Assembly (NCBI GenBank): GCA_905178155.1 | Contig: CAJINV010000009.1 | Span: 1,361,907 to 1,425,906 of the forward strand | From: Amoebophrya sp. A120 | Lineage: Eukaryota; Protista; Dinoflagellata | Length of the DNA stretch: 64,000 bases | Reading direction: 5' to 3' | Part shown: one piece after another, positions 59,700 through 64,000 of the stretch | Numbering within the stretch: the stretch's first letter is position 1 | Layout of the letters: each line of letters begins with the position of its first letter | Program-made: the position numbers and the translations under genes | Notes under the pieces: model-generated | What the model was told of the DNA's origin: nothing | The model's input: the letters and a program-made list of their open reading frames with translations, nothing else | The model's database searches: none

Positions 59700-60200
59700 A
59701 TCGTATTGCTTTTACAATGGGGCCAGGCAGTCGCAGTCATCGCTGCGACGTTTCGCAGAAAGCCGGTGCCCGCTCGCAGAAAGCCGCTGCCGCTCGAATT
59801 TGCGCGACTCCATCGCGGAGAATTCGACGACGACGATGCCACGGAAGGGGGGGCGCTTTACTTTAATTTGGCAGAAGCGTTCGCTTTCGGACAAGTTGAA
59901 TTGCTGCGCTACGGCTGACGCTCCCGCACTCCAGCAAACGCAGGCGCCGTCCGGTCTCGCGAGCTATCTGCCAGAGCCTGCCCAGCGGGAGGGCGCGCGT
60001 GAAGTGTGGCGTGCGCCGTTGCGTCTTGTGCCACCTGCGGCCTTTGGGAGTGGGGCCGGCCGCTCCGCGTCGCCTCTCCTTTAATTATTGCTCCGGCCGG
60101 CCCGGCCCGTGCAGTGTCCCAATGTGCCCGCGCCCACGGGGCAGCGGCTTGCGCGCTCGCCCGATCGAGTGTGGCTGCAATTTCTGAAGTGATTGCCTTG
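59700..60200 (+). pseudogene. GC-rich island with a decayed family E fragment
   Basis: gactccatcgcgga-gaattcgacgacgacgatgccacg (59806-59843) compared with gattccattgctgacgaaatcgagtacgacgacagtgtcacg (63928-63969). Confidence 0.45.
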
Positions 60201-60204
60201 GGTG

Positions 60205-60675
60205 GTTCTCGTTTACTAGGCGGAAAAAAGACTGCTGCTTGTGCATGTCGCTCTCCTGATTGATTTGCTGTTCGTTCTGAGATGGGTTTGTTTAGTTTCG
60301 CGTCGGTGCTGCTGGGTAGTTTGTGGGGCAGTGGCGTTCTTCGTTGTTCCTAGGCTCAGTTTCTGGAAATATCGACTTAGCGCAAGTTTTGCCAGCACCG
60401 AGTGACTTCTTTTGCGTATTCTCACTATTGGATCACAGGCGTTTTCTGTATTCGTGTGTCTCGCCCTCATGAATCAATCGTGTTGTCCATGCTAAGCGAT
60501 TTTCCAAGTTAAAATGTCGTTGACTAATAAATTGACTCGTTCACAACGTTGCTCCGTACGTGTATTCGTCCATGGTTTGTCGTACAGCTTCAGCTTCATC
60601 CAGTCGTCTTGTCGTTCCCCTCTTCGTGCATTAAACACATTACTTGGGTGCTCTGCCACTGGCGTCTCGTTCTCG
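60205..60675 (+). promoter_or_regulatory. TCGT-rich upstream island of Tpt1 60856
   Basis: TCGT cluster between the GC island and the leader. Confidence 0.42.
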
Positions 60676-60855
60676 AGTGCTATGCATATGAGGATGGCAA
60701 AATCATACTGATGTTTATCTCATCTGATTCTCAATGTCAGCCACTTGTGTTTGCGAAACCCGTTTTGCAAGGCACTCAATTTGAAAATTTTTTATCGTTT
60801 TCAGTATAACCCTAAAAGGAGTTTTAAGTACGCATTATAAATCACATACACCAAG

Positions 60856-61803
60856 ATGGAGAAGTTTGCGTGTAAGAGCACTTGTGTATGCGCCGCATGC
60901 TACGAGCAGGAAGCGATGGTGGCCTGCCTCGATGTGGTCCAGGCAAAGGAACAATGTGCGAAAGCCGTTGTAAATGAGACGCCGCTCCAACAACAATGTG
61001 CGAAAGCCGTTGTAAACGAGACGCCGCTGCAACGTAAGAAATTGCCAAAGACAAAAGCCCTGAAGAAGTGGGAGGACTTCGTCGAGCGGGCATTGGTGAG
61101 GATCACAACCATTTCGAAGAGAGTTGCAAAAGTGTTGCGGCACGACCGAAAGACGGTGTTGGATGCGCAGGGCTACGCCGCCGTGAACCACGTTGCGAGA
61201 AAGTGCAAATGCAGTCCCGAAACCATCCACCAAGTTGTCAGGATCGACACGAAAAAGCGGTTTGGTTTGAAGCGATCTGACCACGGGAGCTTTGTGCGGG
61301 CGGAGCAGGGCCACAGCAACCCGAAAGTCAACATTTCCCACCGGCTGCTGAAAAGCGCGGAGTGCCGGAACCTCAAAGTCCCAATTTTGCACGGAACGAG
61401 CCTGCAATCCTGGAAACAAATCCAAGCCACAGGCGGGCTCAAGAGAATGAAGCGGAGCCACGTGCACCTGGCCAAGGGGTGGCATGCCAAAAGCGGCATG
61501 CAAGCAAACACGGAGGTGGTTCTAGTGGTCGATGTGGTAGCCGCGATTGAAGAGGTGGGACTGGAATTTTTCGAAAGTGCGAACGGAGTTGTTCTCTGCG
61601 CAGCTGACATTCCACTCAAGTTCATCACAGTACAAGGAAATGGCGTCTTTTGCAGCAAGACAGTTTTACCTCTATCCATGCCGTCAACGCGAGCTCCGTC
61701 CGAGGCCGGCAGTGATTCGGAAGGCGAACAGGAGGACTTTTCCGGGAAGAAGGCACTGAGGCCAACGTACAGCGCTCGAATCCCTTGGTGGTTAAGAAGA
61801 TGA
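60856..61803 (+). CDS. TPT1: Second tRNA 2'-phosphotransferase (Tpt1/KptA) paralog with a Cys-rich leader and a duplicated QCAKAVVNETPLQ; intronless
   Basis: Motifs SKRVAKVLRH, DAQGY, DTKKRF, VRAEQGHS, LHGT, RMKRSHVHL and FFESANGVVLC. Confidence 0.9.
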   Translation: MEKFACKSTCVCAACYEQEAMVACLDVVQAKEQCAKAVVNETPLQQQCAKAVVNETPLQRKKLPKTKALKKWEDFVERALVRITTISKRVAKVLRHDRKTVLDAQGYAAVNHVARKCKCSPETIHQVVRIDTKKRFGLKRSDHGSFVRAEQGHSNPKVNISHRLLKSAECRNLKVPILHGTSLQSWKQIQATGGLKRMKRSHVHLAKGWHAKSGMQANTEVVLVVDVVAAIEEVGLEFFESANGVVLCAADIPLKFITVQGNGVFCSKTVLPLSMPSTRAPSEAGSDSEGEQEDFSGKKALRPTYSARIPWWLRR

Positions 61804-62839
61804 GATGTCGTGGAGGTTGAGGAGAAATGTCAAGGGCAGTATAATGTGACATCACCTTGAACTAGCCCGAATGACGGAGATACGAGGGGAAAGGCGGAGA
61901 GGATTCCGTGGTGGCTGCGTCAGCGATGGTCGGGACAGGAAAAAGACTCTCAAGGCGAGTACCGTGGCAAAGCATGACTACAGGAGGAATTGCGCCAGAG
62001 CGACTGCTGAGGACTGTGCCGCATGTTGACAGGTGGAAACTGCCAGGATATGAGGAAAACTCCGCGGACTTCGCGAAAGCTGCCAGCACAAAAAGGTCAT
62101 CTGCCGGGACAGGAGGACAAGACGAAAATAAAAGCGCATCTGCTAAGAACGGTAGCGAAAAAAGTGGCTGCGAAGACCCACGCTGCACAACTTCTAACTT
62201 TCGTTTCCAGGATTTCTGAGTAAAAGCAAAAGGAACTACTACTTTTTTTCTCGTGCATTAGTTTCTCTTCCTTGTTGCCAGCAAGTAGAGCACTGTCAAA
62301 AAAGCAAGTTCGAATGTACAATATTTCTCGATGGTAAATCATTCAAGCAAATAAAAGCTAGAGGTCAAGTTCGATGTTCCAAAGCTCGAGTTTCAGAACT
62401 TTGTGTTTTCATATCATTGTCAAGATCATCACATAGCCCTAGTTACCCCGCCACTTACTACGACGAGCATGAAAGTTGAATCGCCCACGGTGTACCTTGT
62501 TTCAAACTTCTACCAATTTAGATAGCGCCTGAGCGGCAAGTCTTCAGCAAAGTATCATGAGCACTCAAATTATAGCACATTCTATCTATCACTACCCGTC
62601 ATTGTTTCCAAACGTCGTCTTACATACAGCAACAAACAGTATCAAGTTTTTGAGTTCGAAAATACACAGGAAGTACCCACAAAAGCATGCAGTGAAGATA
62701 TGAGGCGGCAAATCGACCGAGTCACCAAGATGTATCTCAGCAACTAGAATCTGAAGCTCTTGATGAAGTTCAAGCGAATCTTCCGACAAAAATGGAATCA
62801 GACCTTGTAGCTGCAAGGACACGGCAATGAACCGCGTTG

Positions 62840-63205
62840 CACGTCGTGGTGGGATCCCGTGGCGGAGGCGTTCGTTGTTCATTTTAGTTCGCGTAAGAGC
62901 AGCTGCAATGCGACCGGCTCCAACACGGTAACACATTTTTTTCGTGATTCTCTTTTGGCGATCTTGTCGTTCTCGTTCAGGATCTCAATTCGTCCGATAG
63001 CAGGCTATGGTGAAGAAATTTATGCTCGCTTCACGACAAGGCACTCGTTCAAATATACTATGCAGACTTTGCTCTCGTCGACCCTTTCGTTCATTTTCTA
63101 CTCATACTGTGCTAGCAAAGCTATCTCTTCGTTCACACTCGTGCTCGTCGTCGTCGTCGTCATCGTGAATGCCCCCGTTGTTTGTGCTTTTGTTCTTTCG
63201 TTCTC
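62840..63205 (+). promoter_or_regulatory. TCGT-rich upstream island of gene 63418, including a (TCG)n run near 63146-63165
   Basis: Dense TCGT words, then an A/C-rich leader. Confidence 0.45.
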
Positions 63206-63417
63206 GGGATGGTGCAGTTAGTTCAACTAGACAGCACATATGTTTTCAAATTTGCCAGTGATTACCCTTGAGAAAATCCTCGATTTCTGCTTTAACCTCT
63301 CAAAGAACGCAAAACTTAAACTACCAACACCACTTGGTCAAAGAATTCAGAACCACCCTCATAACAGCTGTACAGCTTTAAAACTTGCTTTCATCTTTCG
63401 GCTCAAATCCACTAAAG

Positions 63418-64000
63418 ATGAACGTTCTCAACCTTTTGAAGTCTCGTCAACCTGAGTTCTCTGCCCCGAGCTGGGACAAGGACTCTTGGAGCGCTCGGTT
63501 TTGCGGAACGGAAGACTCGGTCCAGCTGTTGCCGGAACAGGAAAACTTATTCGAGCCGAAAACTTTTGCGGACTACTTCAAGTGGCAGTCTGTTGTGGAT
63601 GCGTGCATAGCCCGGCCGGGGAAGGAGGACAAATGCTTTTTCCACGCAGAAGGCGATGCAAAGACCGTCGAAAGCAGCAGCATTTATTTCCAGAACAAAA
63701 CGCAGCGGAAATACGTTTCAACTACAGAAACCCCCTCTCCCGCGAGCACCAGCGCACCCAGTAGCGACTGCGAGGACGAGATTGTTTCGAATGTTGGGAT
63801 CTTCCGCAGCTCTCCGCACCAGGTTGTTTCCGAGGTTGATTCCCAGGCCGATGCTGCTGCTGCTATTTTTCCTGATTCGACGACTTACGGAAACGACGAG
63901 AAAGATGTTGCTTTCGAATACGAGCACGATTCCATTGCTGACGAAATCGAGTACGACGACAGTGTCACGGTCATTGCCACGCGCGGACCCGATGAAGACT
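63418..64000 (+). CDS. 3'-partial family E acidic protein (paralog of 20581); absent from the ORF track because it has no stop in the window
   Basis: Open from taaagATG to the window end: MNVLNLLKSRQPEFSAPSWDKDSW...DYFKWQSVVDAC...VVSEVD...EYDDSVTVIATR. Confidence 0.7.
   Translation, partial: MNVLNLLKSRQPEFSAPSWDKDSWSARFCGTEDSVQLLPEQENLFEPKTFADYFKWQSVVDACIARPGKEDKCFFHAEGDAKTVESSSIYFQNKTQRKYVSTTETPSPASTSAPSSDCEDEIVSNVGIFRSSPHQVVSEVDSQADAAAAIFPDSTTYGNDEKDVAFEYEHDSIADEIEYDDSVTVIATRGPDED

Noticed and set aside
24894-62223. Reassigned stop codons (UAR=Gln, UGA=Trp, as reported for one Amoebophrya strain)
   Set aside because: Long conserved ORFs (HECT exons, formins, Tpt1 cores) have no in-frame stops and end at TAG, TAA or TGA in sensible places. 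The isolated stops fit decay.
62592-62936. Minus-strand coding-like ORF (also 45202-45402 on -, and fragments at 1250-1340 and 41590-41820 on +)
   Set aside because: No recognisable homology, start context or splice structure; at most old remnants.
1-64000. tRNA, rRNA, transposase, reverse transcriptase or viral hallmark genes
   Set aside because: None recognised by eye. tRNAscan-SE, Infernal and HMM searches would be needed to exclude small or divergent ones.

Overview
Eukaryotic genomic DNA. All credible genes lie on the + strand. GT-AG introns, one TIR-bounded non-canonical intron, GKGKG-rich proteins and unidirectional gene order suggest a dinoflagellate-lineage alveolate, probably a syndinean parasite like Amoebophrya (inference only). 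The first 14.2 kb holds the 3' part of a 4-TM membrane protein gene and a 6-exon ARM+HECT E3 ligase (TRIP12/Ufd4/UPL3 type). From about 14.6 kb the window becomes a gene birth-and-death region of short, intron-poor genes from a few interleaved families: 3 formins, 2 Tpt1/KptA 2'-phosphotransferases, a single-TM 'WY...TW-x4-HG-R-W/Y' family, a tail-anchored 'MG|ENDEYCPD' family with a conserved intron, and others. A bestrophin-like gene and an 8-TM gene sit among them. The most unusual feature is a repeated architecture. Nearly every family gene is preceded by a strand-specific TCGT-dense island and an A/C-rich leader. About seven GC-rich islands sit just upstream of TCGT islands, and five are recognisable dead paralogs of local genes; where alignable, the differences run mostly A/T to G/C. 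Upstream, ORF and spacer modules are shuffled independently between unrelated genes. All alignments and counts were done by eye.
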